A program made the position numbers and the translations under genes. This document shows, piece after piece, positions 1-11,739 of a DNA stretch of 64,000 bases. The stretch spans positions 47,884,346 through 47,948,345 of the forward strand of contig JARFYF010000007.1 in the NCBI GenBank assembly GCA_030265395.1. Direction: 5' to 3'. The stretch comes from Rhina ancylostomus. Taxonomy: Eukaryota. Position 1 is the stretch's first letter; every line of letters begins with the position of its first letter. The notes below the pieces were generated by a model, which saw nothing but the letters and a program-made list of their open reading frames with translations, did not search any database and was not told the origin of the DNA.

Positions 1-515
1 CCTCAAAGAACTCCAATAAGTTTGTCAAACAGGACCTGCCCTTCCTGAATCCATGCTGTGTCTGCCTGATGGAACCACTTCTATCCAGATGCCTGCTGGT
101 CACCCATTCCCTATCCTTCCCTCTGCCTTTAAACTGTGGTGTGATGAACTCACTAAACGTGCTATCCACAACATTGTCAGCATCGTGAATGCTCCAAAGT
201 GAACCCATACACAGCTCCAGTGCTGTCATGCGGTCCTTCAGGAGCTGCCGCTGGACACACTTCCTGCCCATGTAGTCAGCAGGGACACTGGCAGCCTCCC
301 TGAGTTCCCACTTTGCACAGGAGGAGCATGACACAGGTCTGATCTCACCTGTCATGATTAAAAAGCTTTGAGGGAAAATAAAGGGACAGAAAAACGAATA
401 AGAACCTATCCTCACCTTGGTTGAGTGTGTTGCTCACTCTCCTCACTGAAGCCTGGTGTTCACCAAAGCCAACACTTAGACAACCAGCAGCACCTTGACT
501 AGACAGCAGCCTCTC
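1..515 (-). mobile_element. CR1 LINE, internally deleted: 5'UTR + ORF1 N-terminus joined in frame to the ORF2 RT domain; runs off the left edge
   Basis: From the ATG at 355, the frame is open to position 2: MTGEIRPVSCSSCAKWELREAASVPADYMGRKCVQRQLLKDRMTALELCMGSLWSIHDADNVVDSTFSEFITPQFKGRGKDREWVTSR (CR1 ORF1 Zn/coiled-coil type), followed by HLDRSGSIRQTQHGFRKGRSCLTNLLEFFE (CR1 RT QHGF motif). Confidence 0.85.
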
Positions 516-519
516 TAAC

Positions 520-1575
520 TTTCAACCTCGTAAAACAGCAGTTTCATCCCAGGAATTAACCTGGTGAAACTTCTCTGAACTTCCTCAAAAACAGGTTTGT
601 CCCTCCCTAAACAATGTGATCAAAACTCCAGGTCTTATCACAGCAAAATGCTGTACAACTATAACAAGACGTCCCGACTTCTATTTTCTCATTTGCAATA
701 AAGGGCAACATTCCATTTGCCTTCCTAATTACTTGCTTTATCTACATACCATCTTTCTATATTTCATGCACTAAAACACCCAGAACCTTCTGTAGGATAG
801 TGTTCCGTAGTCTCTTTGTTTAATCAATAGTCCATTTTTCTGCTTTTTCTATCAAAGTTGATAATCCCACACTTTATAACCTCACATTTTCTCACATTAT
901 ACTCTATCTGCAAAATTTGCCCACTTATTTAATCTTTATCTGTCCCTTTGCAGATTCTACATTCTCCTCACAACTGCTTTCCCATTTAACTTTGATAGCT
1001 CCTGTCAGCAAATTTCCCTGCAGAATTTATCCAAAATCAGTGTATATTATAAATAGTTTAGGCCTCTACACTGATCTCTGTGTATAATTGCAATGAAAAT
1101 AATCTATTTTCTTCTTTATATTTTTTACTCATTTCTGTTGGTTTCTAAAGTTTCCTCTGACCTACCACTAACCCTGGTAATGCTGCATGCTTTTCCTTTC
1201 AATTTTAATGCCATTCTTAATTAACCATGAATGGTTCATCCTCTTTATGGTCTTTATTTCTCAAAGGAATTCATCTTTGTTGAGAATTTTGAAATATCTC
1301 CTTAAATGTCTGCAGTTGCTTATCTACCATCTTAACTTATTTATCTATTTTACCTACTAATTTTAGACATATCTATCTTCGTACCTTGGTAATTGTATTT
1401 ATTTAAATTTAAGAAAATAGTTTCAGACCTAAATTTCTCAGTCTCAAACTGAGTGAAATCATATCACGTTATGATCACTGTTCCTGGGAGGATCCTTTAT
1501 CTTGAGATCATTAATTAATCCTGTCTCATTACACACAAGATGAAAAATAAACTGCCACAACATATCGTTCTAAAA
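520..1575 (-). mobile_element. Old, heavily deleted CR1 ORF2 fragments
   Basis: Degenerate antisense CR1 signatures (atcccaggaattaacctggtgaaac, gcaataaagggcaacattccatttgccttccta, tgtcagcaaattt = KFAD, aaatagtttcagacctaa). Confidence 0.65.
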
Positions 1576-2421
1576 AAAANNNNNNNNNNNNNNNNNNNNN
1601 NNNNNNNNNNNNNNNNNNNNNNNNNNNNNNNNNNNNNNNNNNNNNNNNNNNNNNNNNNNNNNNNNNNNNNNNNNNNNNNNNNNNNNNNNNNNNNNNNNNN
1701 NNNNNNNNNNNNNNNNNNNNNNNNNNNNNNNNNNNNNNNNNNNNNNNNNNNNNNNNNNNNNNNNNNNNNNNNNNNNNNNNNNNNNNNNNNNNNNNNNNNN
1801 NNNNNNNNNNNNNNNNNNNNNNNNNNNNNNNNNNNNNNNNNNNNNNNNNNNNNNNNNNNNNNNNNNNNNNNNNNNNNNNNNNNNNNNNNNNNNNNNNNNN
1901 NNNNNNNNNNNNNNNNNNNNNNNNNNNNNNNNNNNNNNNNNNNNNNNNNNNNNNNNNNNNNNNNNNNNNNNNNNNNNNNNNNNNNNNNNNNNNNNNNNNN
2001 NNNNNNNNNNNNNNNNNNNNNNNNNNNNNNNNNNNNNNNNNNNNNNNNNNNNNNNNNNAATATTCACTGATTCAAATAACATCAATCTGATGGCCACCAA
2101 ATTTAAGAAATTTGAAGGACAATTTTGAAATATATATGCACCCATTCAACAAATACAATGTCTATGTACTTTTAATTCAAGCTCCTATAGAGTAGATACT
2201 TCGGGAGTTCAGCAATTCTAATTTTAATATATCCATATGCAATAGCTGAAGTTGCTGAAAAAACACTAAATAGACATTGTATTTGTTGAATGGTGTGCAT
2301 ATACAATATTTCAAAACCTTCCTTCAAATTCTTTAACCACCCTGTTGCCTCATTTCTCATCTGCCTGATTCCTGAGCCAACTTAAACCTGAGAGCTACCA
2401 GTTTGAGAGCGAGATGTACTA

Positions 2422-2423
<2 letters not shown>

Positions 2424-2497
<74 letters not shown>

Positions 2498-2509
2498 ATA
2501 TATATATAT
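2424..2509. repeat. Compound microsatellite (AT)n(GT)n(AT)n
   Basis: Directly visible alternating purine-pyrimidine tract of about 86 bp. Confidence 0.97.
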
Positions 2510-3116
2510 TTATAGATAGATAGCATCAATTTCTAGATATTAGATATAACCATTTGAAGCTGAAACTTTATGGTAATAACAAAGCCCTAACACTGATCAC
2601 CAATCAGTAGTTATGAGTGACAGTAGTTGACATTGTGCCACAGCATTTCATTCCGAAAAGTCTGATGCAGGAAAATTAGTCCAGCTGTAGAGATCAAATG
2701 TGAGCTATAGAAAGTAACAGAAGAACCATAGTATGCTGGCAATAAATTAGATAACGATAATTAAAGAAAGCAGAAGTTTTCCCTATATTGTGTGTGTAAT
2801 GGTATTATTCCGAGGAGTATCACATTCCTCTTGTTGTTTTCTACAAGGACACTCCCTTAATCATCATGCCTCTTCCCTCAAACGCTCCCAGTAAACTGCC
2901 TGGCTAGCTGAGTAAAAATACCCAGAATACCTAGCAGGCAGGAAACTAAACAGTCATGCTTTTAATCTGCTTTCCTGAGCAGTCTGCAAGGTCACTCACT
3001 GAAACCCAGTGGGATTCTGTTACGTAAGCATGCCAGTTACGTCAGGCCTCAGTCAGATTAGAATACAGTCACCCAAAACAGAGACAAAAAAGGAAATTTG
3101 TCTTTGAGGTGATTTA

Positions 3117-3746
3117 GGATGGCACAACGGCACAGCTAGTAAAGCTGCTGCCTCACAGCTCCAGCAACCTGGATTCAATCCCGACCTCGGGTACTGTTGG
3201 TGTGGAGTTTGCACGTTCTCCCTATGACTGTGTGGGTTTTCTTCCAGTGCTCCAGCTTCCCCCCAGATGTGTGGGTTGGTATCTTAATTGCATCTGTAAG
3301 TTGTCCCTAGTGTGCAGGTTGTAGAATCTGGGGGGAGTTGATGGGAATGTGATGGGGATAAAATGGGATTAGTGTAGGATTGTTGTGAAGCAAAAAACAA
3401 ACTCTGGAGGAACTCTACGGGTCAGGCAGCATCTGTGGAGGCAAAGGGATAGTCGACATTTCAGGTTGAGACCCTGTATTAGGAATGAGAGTATAAAGAG
3501 AAAATAGCCAGTATAAAGAGGCTGTTTATACTGGCTATCTTCCCTCTACTCTCAGTCCAGATGTAAGGTATCGATCTGATGTGTAGTAGACTATCCTTTT
3601 CCTGTCTGACCCACTGAATTCCTCTAGCAGTTTTTTTTTAACTTCAGATACAGCGTCTGCAGTCTCTTGTGACTCTGGAATTATTGTGGATGGGTGTTTG
3701 ATGGTCATTGTGGGCTGGTTTTCATGCTTTATCTCTCCATGACTCT
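3117..3746 (+). mobile_element. tRNA-derived V-SINE (HE1-like), interrupted by a Penelope-derived palindrome at ~3390-3676
   Basis: A-box-like ggcacagctagt, B-box-like ggattcaatccc, V-domain tgtggagtttgcacgttctcc...gtgggttt. A CR1-type tail ...tatctctccatgactct follows the interruption. Confidence 0.8.
3390..3676. mobile_element. Penelope pseudo-LTR inverted pair (hairpin element) with decayed hammerhead cores
   Basis: Left arm ctggaggaactc..gtcaggcagcatctgtggagg versus right arm ctgacccactgaattcctctagcag. Central perfect 14-bp stem atagccagtataaa/tttatactggctat (3504-3517/3525-3538). Confidence 0.75.
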
Positions 3747-4214
3747 AGGAGCAAGAAAAATTAGGCCTATTCTTCCCCAGACACCCTATCCTCCCTATCT
3801 AGCCTCATCTTTCCTAATGAAAGATTGCCATGAACACTCTTGGAATCTAATCTTTCTGTAAGCAGATAATCTCCACGTTGCACAATTTTATCGCACATCG
3901 TTTGGACACCATCAAGAATGGGCTGGATATTGGTTTGGAGAAGTACAACAGCTGGGTTAGATCACAATTTCAGACACATCTGGAAGCACTATGCGCAATT
4001 TGCTTCAGCAGCAGAACACTTGATGAGTTCCATTTACAGTAAAGTGCTAAGAAGAACATTTCCAACTTCTATCTTACACTTTTTCTTGAACTTTAATGTT
4101 AAGGTAAATGGAAAGATTATGTTTTATGTAATCTTGGAACTGAACTCAAAAATGTTATACTTTCGATAAAGAAAATCTTATTATTTCACCTTATTACAGT
4201 GGACCTATATGGAT

Positions 4215-4960
4215 AAAAACAGAAAATGTGGAAGTACTCAGCTGGTCAGGCACTGTCTGTAGAAAGAAGAACAATTAACATTTCAGGTATGAGACTGTTT
4301 GTCAGAACTGGGAAAGAGAGAACATGAGCTAGTTTTCAGGAGCAGAGAAGGTGGGGAAGGGATGGATAGAACAGAGGCAATATCTCTGAGATGGTGAGAT
4401 CAATAAGTTGATCTAGCAGTTAGAGGAGCAGTAAGAATCAGATTATGCTTCTGTGTAATGTGTTGCTTAATAGCAAGGCTATGGGACATGCCCAGCAGGG
4501 CTGACTCCTAATAGCAAAAAGAAAGAAAAACTGAGCCAAAATGATAGGTAGAAATGGCTAGTTCTGATACAGTCAAAAAGGAAGCATTATCTAAAGTTGG
4601 AAAATTTGATATTAAGTCCAGAAGGCTGAAACATGCCCAGATGGAAGATAAGATGTTCCTCAAACTTACTCCGGGCCTCAGTACAACAGTGCAGAAGGCC
4701 ACAGACAGAAAGATCAGACTTGGAGTGGGATGGTGAACTAACGTGGCAGGCAATGAGAAGCTCAGGGGTCCCTCTTGCAGACTGAATGCACACCCTCTGC
4801 CAAGTGATCACCCAATCTGGTAACTCTGAATTGTGAACACTGAATGCAGTACACTAAATTGGAAGAAGTGCAAGTGAATCATTGCTTCACCTGGAAAGAC
4901 TGTTTTGGCCCTGAATGGTGGGAAAGGAAGAGGCTGAAAGGACAGGTGCTGCATCTATTG
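4215..4960 (-). mobile_element. Penelope-like element 3' fragment (GIY-YIG endonuclease C-terminus + pseudo-LTR)
   Basis: ORF 4587-4811(-) PELLIACHVSSPSHSKSDLSVCGLLHCCTEARSKFEEHLIFHLGMFQPSGLNIKFSNFR is the typical PLE endonuclease end (..LGTLQPxGLN..). Decayed ctgacaa..gaaatgtt core at ~4272-4308(-). Confidence 0.8.
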
Positions 4961-4964
4961 CCTT

Positions 4965-5160
4965 TTAAGGAATCCTATGCACTCACCTCCGAGGAAGGAC
5001 CGGCCTTGATTTAATATCTCAAATGAAGGCACCTTTGACAATGGAACACTCCCTCTATATTACACGAGAACATCAATTGAAAAATTTGTGCTCAAGTCTC
5101 TAGAATGGGACTTGTACCAATAACTTTATGACTAAAAGACAAGAGTTGTGGTTGACAGTG
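4965..5160 (-). mobile_element. Ancient Deu-domain-type SINE fragment
   Basis: cactccctctatattacac..tgtgctcaagtctctagaatgggacttg matches the other copies at 6960-7415, 48940-49215 and 54400-54850. Confidence 0.6.
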
Positions 5161-5363
5161 ATCCAGAAGAAAACAATAATTCACAGGNNNNNNNNNNNNN
5201 NNNNNNNNNNNNNNNNNNNNNNNNNNNNNNNNNNNNNNNNNNNNNNNNNNNNNNNNNNNNNNNNNNNNNNNNNNNNNNNNNNNNNNNAGGTAATAATTTT
5301 ACATTATGCCTTTGTTACAATGTACTGAAAATAAATTGCAAGTTGTAATACTGTTGTTGTTAC

Positions 5364-5475
5364 CTGGATATTGACTTGGCTGTGGGATTCCAACTAGATT
5401 TCGTCTCTGCTCTTTATAATCTGGAGGTGGCCTTGTCAAATGCCTGCTAAGTTGTTCCTGTGTGTTCATTTTCTC
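5364..5475 (-). CDS. MAML2: MAML2 internal coding exon (equivalent to human exon 4), 112 nt; missing from the ORF track
   Basis: Acceptor (t)9-ggttag|GAG at 5476/5475; donor CCAG|gtaac at 5364/5363. Translation EKMNTQEQLSRHLTRPPPDYKEQRRNLVGIPQPSQYP(G) contains the mastermind-family RHLxRPPPDYK motif (human MAML2 EKIAPQDQINRHLSRPPPDYKDQRRNVGNMQPTAQYSG). It is in frame with the 204-nt exon. Confidence 0.95.
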
Positions 5476-6959
5476 CTAACCAAAAAAAAAGTCAATCATT
5501 AAGCTTTCCAAAAGACAGTAATCATTTTCTTCCCCTTTTCTCCTCATCACAGATTCTTTGTGGGCAAACATCTTCACAGGTGAGAGATGGAGGTGGACAC
5601 ATGCTTTCCTGAACTGTCAATGTGGTCTATCAACCATTCAGTAAGAAGCAGGTGACAACAATCTGACAAGACACATTTGTCTTGCTTAAATTGAGACATC
5701 GTCACGTGGATAACGCGTTCTGGCAGAGTAAAAAGAAAACATGTTTAACATCAAAAAGTGATTGTTTTGCAGTTTGAGAGGATTGCATTTATTTGGAGAT
5801 ATTACCCTCTTCCACAGCTTCTGCTGTTCAGTGTGAGTTCTGCTTAAACCTAAACTTTAGTGGAGGAACTTCTTCGTACTGGGCCTATACTGTGATCATG
5901 TTTGGGTACAAATATTGAACCTAGTGTAGGGCTGTGTCAATGTTTCTGGCCTTTGCAAGGAGAATCCTATGACAGAAATTGAGATGTTGTGGATCAGAGA
6001 GATTTTTAGATGGAGGTCTTACTAAGTTTTAATTTTTTTCTACATTGCTGGAATTTATTGTTGCCCTTGATTAATGTGACTCCATCTTCAATATGTACTT
6101 TTCTTCTCTGGAAGTCTCAAAGGGCATCAATAACAGATTATGAATATCAAAATGGGATCTGCCCAGAAACTTCACAAAAATAGTGCTGACTATGGAGGAG
6201 TCCAGCAACCACACGAGGGGAGCAGCAGCACTTGAAGATCTATAATTAATCTTGGAAGGACTGGAAATTCCAAGACTGTCTGTTGTGATGGACTTCCCAA
6301 GGCATGACTGCCACCAACTACTCTACATGACTCCCGATCAGTTGACTTAAGTGACTCATAGGGCAGTATGAAAGTGGCCATGAAAAATTAGGTTTTATCT
6401 CATGGGTTCCACAATATGCTTTTGTGCAAACCCAATGAAAGGCCAAGAGCCAAAAGGTNNNNNNNNNNAAAGGTAGCTAGGGCCAGGCATGCAGATCACA
6501 GCTGTGATTGGCACTCAAAAAACTTCTCAGCATCCTTTCCAATGACAGTACTGGACACACAGTACAGCTGCCCCTCTCTGTGTTCTGTTAGTGATTGTTC
6601 ACTGTGAAAATGTGCTGGAAAAAGTTGCTGAAGAGAATTAGAATGGTAATACTCAGTCATCCTTCAACAATGTGACCATCCAGTGTCCACCTTAATGTTT
6701 TAAATGAAATAAACGGTGACGTTTGGCAGGTATAATGGTGTAGGGATAGTGGGAGAGTGAGATGAACATCAACCAGTGCCTTAATTGTAAGAAAGGATCC
6801 CACTGCTTTGCATGAGCATAATCTGGCAAAAATCACTAATGAACCAAAGGGTATGTTAGGAGAAGGGGAGTGAGACTTTGTATAGGGTCATAAGGATGAG
6901 GAGAAAATGTTGACGGAGAAAGTTCTAGAGCTGGAGGTGTATCTGGTTAAAAAGTAGAC

Positions 6960-7415
6960 TACATTAATACGGCACTTTTCAAATCTCTTTCTGGAAGTCC
7001 CAAAGCATTTTACAGCCAATTAAAACCCTTTGAATTACTGTTGTGTATGTTTTCATAGATTTGTGCAGAGTCTGACAAACAGGGATGAGACAATGACTAG
7101 AATGTTGTTACAAGGACCCAGTATTAGTAATGTTGATTGAAAGATAAATATTGACCCAAGATAGAAGGTCAATCTATTATCTAATGTCCCCTACTTTCTT
7201 CTGAAATAGTGAAGTGGATTCTTTTACATCCACCTCAGGGAGCAGATGGGGAGTGGTTTGACACCATTTCTGAATGTCAGTACCTCCAAGATCGAAGCAG
7301 TCCCTCAGAACTGTGTTAGAATGTCAACTGAGTTTTTTGTACCCTTGTTTCAGGTGTGGGACTTGGATCACAATCTTTTGGATCAGGTGAGGATGCCACC
7401 CAGCTAAGCCATGCC
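6960..7415 (-). mobile_element. Ancient Deu-domain-type SINE (SacSINE1/AmnSINE-like)
   Basis: ggattcttttacatccacctcagggagcagatgggg..gcagtccctcagaactg..gtgtgggacttggatcacaatc..cagctaagccat. Confidence 0.65.
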
Positions 7416-7603
7416 TGAAGACAAGATTGACAAAGGTTAGCTTAAAGGAAAGGGAATGCACAAGGGGCTGAGTTTAAGGAAGACATGGGTCTTGGAATCT
7501 TATAGAACTTTGGGAGATTACAGTGTGGGCATAGGCAAAGGATGACAATTTTAAAACTGACCCAGTGATGGATTGAGACACAGTGAGGACAGTGTGACAT
7601 GGA

Positions 7604-8050
7604 GTCATAGTTTGTCAGAGTACAGCATGGAAACAGGCCCTTCAGCCCGATTCATCCATGCCTACCTATGCCAATCTCATTTTCCTGCATTTGGCCCATA
7701 TCTCTCTATTCCTTTCCTAATAATGTATCTGTCTAAAAGCTTTTTACACTTTATGATTGTACCTTCCTCTACCACCTTCTCCAGCCCTCCATTTGGAAAA
7801 ACTTGCCTCTCAGATCACCTTTAAATATTTATGTCTCCTTTATATATTAATGTCTCCTTTATATTTATAGCTCCATTAAATAATTCCCCTCTCACCTTAA
7901 ACCTATGTCCTTTAATTCTGGACTCCTCTACCCTTGGAAAAAGACTCTGACCATTTACCTTATCTAAATCTCTCATAGTTTTTAAAATCTCTACAAGATC
8001 ACCCCTCAGCCTTCTGTGCTCCAGTGAGAACAATCCCAGCCAATCTAATG
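7604..8050 (-). mobile_element. CR1 LINE 3' end
   Basis: ORF 7821-8054(-) LGLFSLEHRRLRGDLVEILKTMRDLDKVNGQSLFPRVEESRIKGHRFKVRG. Tail tacagcatggaaacaggcccttcagccc. Confidence 0.9.
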
Positions 8051-8899
8051 TCAACTATATAATTAAGGAGGATTTTTTTAAAACTGTGAGGGAAACACTT
8101 TAATGCTCATGCATTCAGAACAACGCAAAATAGTTCAGTGGCCTATATGCTGATAGTCTATTCCACAACAATTTTTTAAAACTTCGATTTAAATAAGATA
8201 AAAAACTTAACATTACCTACAACCTAAACACTTTAGAATGCATAATGTAACAAAACAATCACTGATAAACTGTTTCTCAAAAAGATTTGAAAGACTGGGA
8301 TCAAATCAATAACTGAACTACAAAACTCCTTTGATCATCACAGTCCTAACCTGAGGATCTTGCAGCTGTTCCCTTACATTAAAAGGGAGAAGACCCCTTA
8401 AGCATCTGTGGACCTGGTGCAGACTTCCTCAGTGAGTAAAAGAACAGCATTGCTGAATTTTTGCATTCATATGTGTGCAGGAATCCCCAATTTCTTATAA
8501 CTATTCAAGATTATGACTGCAAAGACCAGCAACTTTGCTTATTTTATTCCACAAAATCCAAGTAGGTGACTTGCTTGTCAATAGCAGGCAATCCCTACAA
8601 GAGAAAGAAGGCCTTGAAGATAATCCAACATTTAGTGGCACCAGACTTATATAGATCTTTGCCTTTGATCTACAAGCAACATTAATGGGGAGATTCTGCA
8701 TGCCGGCCAAGTGTTCACTCCCACTTGTATGTAATTTAAATTGAAACTCACTCATGCATTGAAAAACACAGAGGGAGTTCAGCAGCTGCACAATCTAGGT
8801 ACAGAGCCAAGGTAGGGAACAGCATCCTTCTGTTGAGATATTATTCTGATATTACTGAGTGGAGGGAAGAGGAAAATCTACCGTAACCTTTATGTGACA

Positions 8900-9230
8900 C
8901 TATGAAATACAATCTAGGCTAACACTTTAGCACAATATTGAGAGAATGCTGGCTGTAATAAGAGATGTTACACTAAGGCTCCTTTGGTGGGCATATATGA
9001 ACCAATGATATCATTTTGAAGAATAGCAGGGGACTTTTTCCCGAAGTCATGGACAACATATTTCCCACAACCAATGATACCAAAATCTGTTTTTCCAGTG
9101 ATCATCAACTCGTTGTTTAAGTGATTTTTGATATCCACAAATTGATGTCTGTGTGTTACCAGGACCTCAAAACAACTTGCCTATAGTTGGGATAAGAGGT
9201 CATAAATAGCACCATGTGAAAGCAAGTGTT
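8900..9230 (+). mobile_element. Ancient Deu-domain-type SINE fragment
   Basis: aatctaggctaacactttagcacaatattgagagaatgctg..ttttgaagaatagcagggg is the reverse complement of the SINE core seen at 54400-54850. Confidence 0.55.
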
Positions 9231-10127
9231 TTACTGTCAGCACTTTTCCAAAGTTCAGTGCTGACCAAGGGGGCCTGGGCAGTTAAAGACACCTTCATCT
9301 GAGATGGAACATTTTATGTGATAGGTCACCTGGTGATAAGACTAAAGGAAGATCATGTGCAGGAAAAGGTAAACAAACAAGTACAAATAAGGGTACATCA
9401 ATGGTATTATCTTCCTTTTATACTTAGCACAGTGGTCTGGGGGAAGATGTGTTCTTTCCTACTAATTGTATAGTTGCCACTGTTTCTAAGTGAGCCTGAA
9501 GACCTATATTCCACACTGCACTGAGAGGTTCCATTCTTGCACTTTTAATGGAGATTTTAGGGCTGTGAAACCACCTACTTTGTGCCTGTGAACAACCTCT
9601 ATGCCTCACTGCTTTCAGCTGCTTCCTACCTGACGTGGGCAGTGGTGAGAGGATTCACACGAGTCAGCAAGTCATATTTGATAGAGGTAATGACANNNNN
9701 NNNNNNNNNNNNNNNNNNNNNNNNNNNNNNNNNNNNNNNNNNNNNNNNNNNNNNNNNNNNNNNNNNNNNNNNNNNNNNNNNNNNNNNNNNNNNNNATAGA
9801 GGTAATGACAGCCTGAACTTCATTATCAGAGCAGCAGGTAAATTCCCAGCTTAGCTCGCAAGTAATGCCCAAAACCCAGCCAGTTTTAGAAGGGAGGCTC
9901 GTAAGTCTCCTGTGAATGGAAGTCTCTCATGGTAAAAGAGAAGCACAAACCAGAGGAAATGATCCCTGCTTGTTTTCTCTGTAATGGACTAGAAATAATA
10001 GGATACAGCTTAAATATGAATGGGAGAACAGGCTTTAAACTGTACAGACTGGCCATTTTATGGTTTAGCATTAAAAGAATATTCATAAAATCAGGTGTAT
10101 CAGCAAAGAGACTAGAAAATATTATAC

Positions 10128-10331
10128 CGTGTCTGCCAGGATTTGTTGCCGAAAGAGCAGTTTCTGATGTTCGATCATCTGCCTCTGCATGGCCTGTTTC
10201 TTCTCCATCAGCTGCTGCTTTAACACAGCCTGATGCGCATTGTTAATGTAGCTGTTGCCAGGATTCGGGTTTGGACAGGTATTAGGAGTTTGGCTCGGGC
10301 CTGGGCCTGGGCCCACCACGGAATTCTGATC
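10128..10331 (-). CDS. MAML2: MAML2 internal coding exon (equivalent to human exon 3), 204 nt, phase 0-0
   Basis: Acceptor ...ctttcctgtctcag|GAT at 10332/10331; donor ACG|gtataa at 10128/10127. Translation DQNSVVGPGPGPSQTPNTCPNPNPGNSYINNAHQAVLKQQLMEKKQAMQRQMIEHQKLLFRQQILADT (68 aa) matches the recalled human MAML2 segment DQHSVVGQNTGPSPSPNPCSNPNTGSGYMNSQQSLLNQQLMGKKQTLQRQIMEQKQQLLLQQQMLADA, also 68 aa. Confidence 0.93.
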
Positions 10332-11739
10332 CTGAGACAGGAAAGAAAAGAGGAGTCATTCCTTGTGCAGAAATGTTATAAGTTTCAGCTCTGTTTAGGG
10401 AAAAATGTATCATCAGGAATATGGCATGAGATCAGGAAAAAAAATCATTTCCAGTTAATTAAACTATTTCACATGATTTAATTTACTCCTCATATACAGT
10501 ATCTCTGTAAACATTTTTAAGCTTAATCATAGATTTTTCCAAGCATTTGTAATTCACAAGGAGGCCAAATTACATTTTTTAAATAAAGTCCATCACCAAT
10601 GCGCTCTGTAACTATTCATGATGACAGATGAAGCTAGGAATTCAGTGTCAGACAACAGTGGGAAACAATGCACTTCAACATCGTCTTTTAAAAGTTTCCA
10701 TAACTGTACAAACCCTGAGTTATTGCAAAAATGAGTAATGTTATTTTAGATAAGCCCCCTTCATAACAAGAGTCAAAAGCACGATGGCAAATAACACAAT
10801 TGTTATGTTATATGAAATGAAAAAGATGCAAGATCATTTTCAAATTATTTAATGACAACTGAACAATGAGTGACCACAAGACAAATGATTAGGGTCTTTT
10901 GACAATCTAGACCCTGGCATTAGATTCGCTTCACTATTGCAGACAAATACCGGAATTTCAACCAAAAGCCCTTTAATATCAGACTGCTGCTAACTGAAAG
11001 TCATGCAAAAAAAATCACTACTCTGAAAAGCTAAAGGAAAAATGCCCAGCATTAGAGATTGGCAGGTTCATATCCCATCATTTTCCATGTGGAAAGATCC
11101 AGTTTTTTTTGCTGGGATTATCTAGGGAGGTAGTAGACTGATGTTGAGTCAATCAGGATCAGTCTTATACACCAAGAAAATACCTCATAATCACATGTGG
11201 ACAAGAAGCTTCATAAATAGAATTACAAAGCTACATGTTCTATGAACATCAGGCCCCACTTTTTTTTAAAGCTTTCTATGTGGTTTAGGACATGCATATT
11301 GCACTAACAGAAAGGACCTCCACTCAAACTTACTGAAAGCCTACAGAGAAGTAAATAATGGCTACTGGGGAATGAAAATAATTTATCTTAATGTGGAGTA
11401 AGATGTCATCATTAACACATGAATGATGATTTAAATCCCAAAATGGGATAACTGCCAGAAATCGGTACCAAGAATGCATTTTGTAATATTTAAGCAATGC
11501 AATTCACCCATTTAGCAGTATTATTATAGCTGAGAGGGCTGAAGGTTCACTGCACAGAAACTCGTTCCTCGGTGGGGCTTAAAATGCCACAGTGGTATAC
11601 TTTGGCATTGTAATGCCCTGAAATTCGTTCCATTGTAGTCAAAACATGGACCACAGAGCTGAATTCCAAATAATAGGTTAAAATTACTGCTCTTCACATC
11701 ACAATACCATTTGGCAATGAAGAGTCTTGGTAAAATGCC

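Noticed and set aside
9929-10481. Plus-strand ORFs 9929-10246 and 10233-10481
   Set aside because: They are antisense shadows of the real minus-strand MAML2 exon and have no recognisable protein features.
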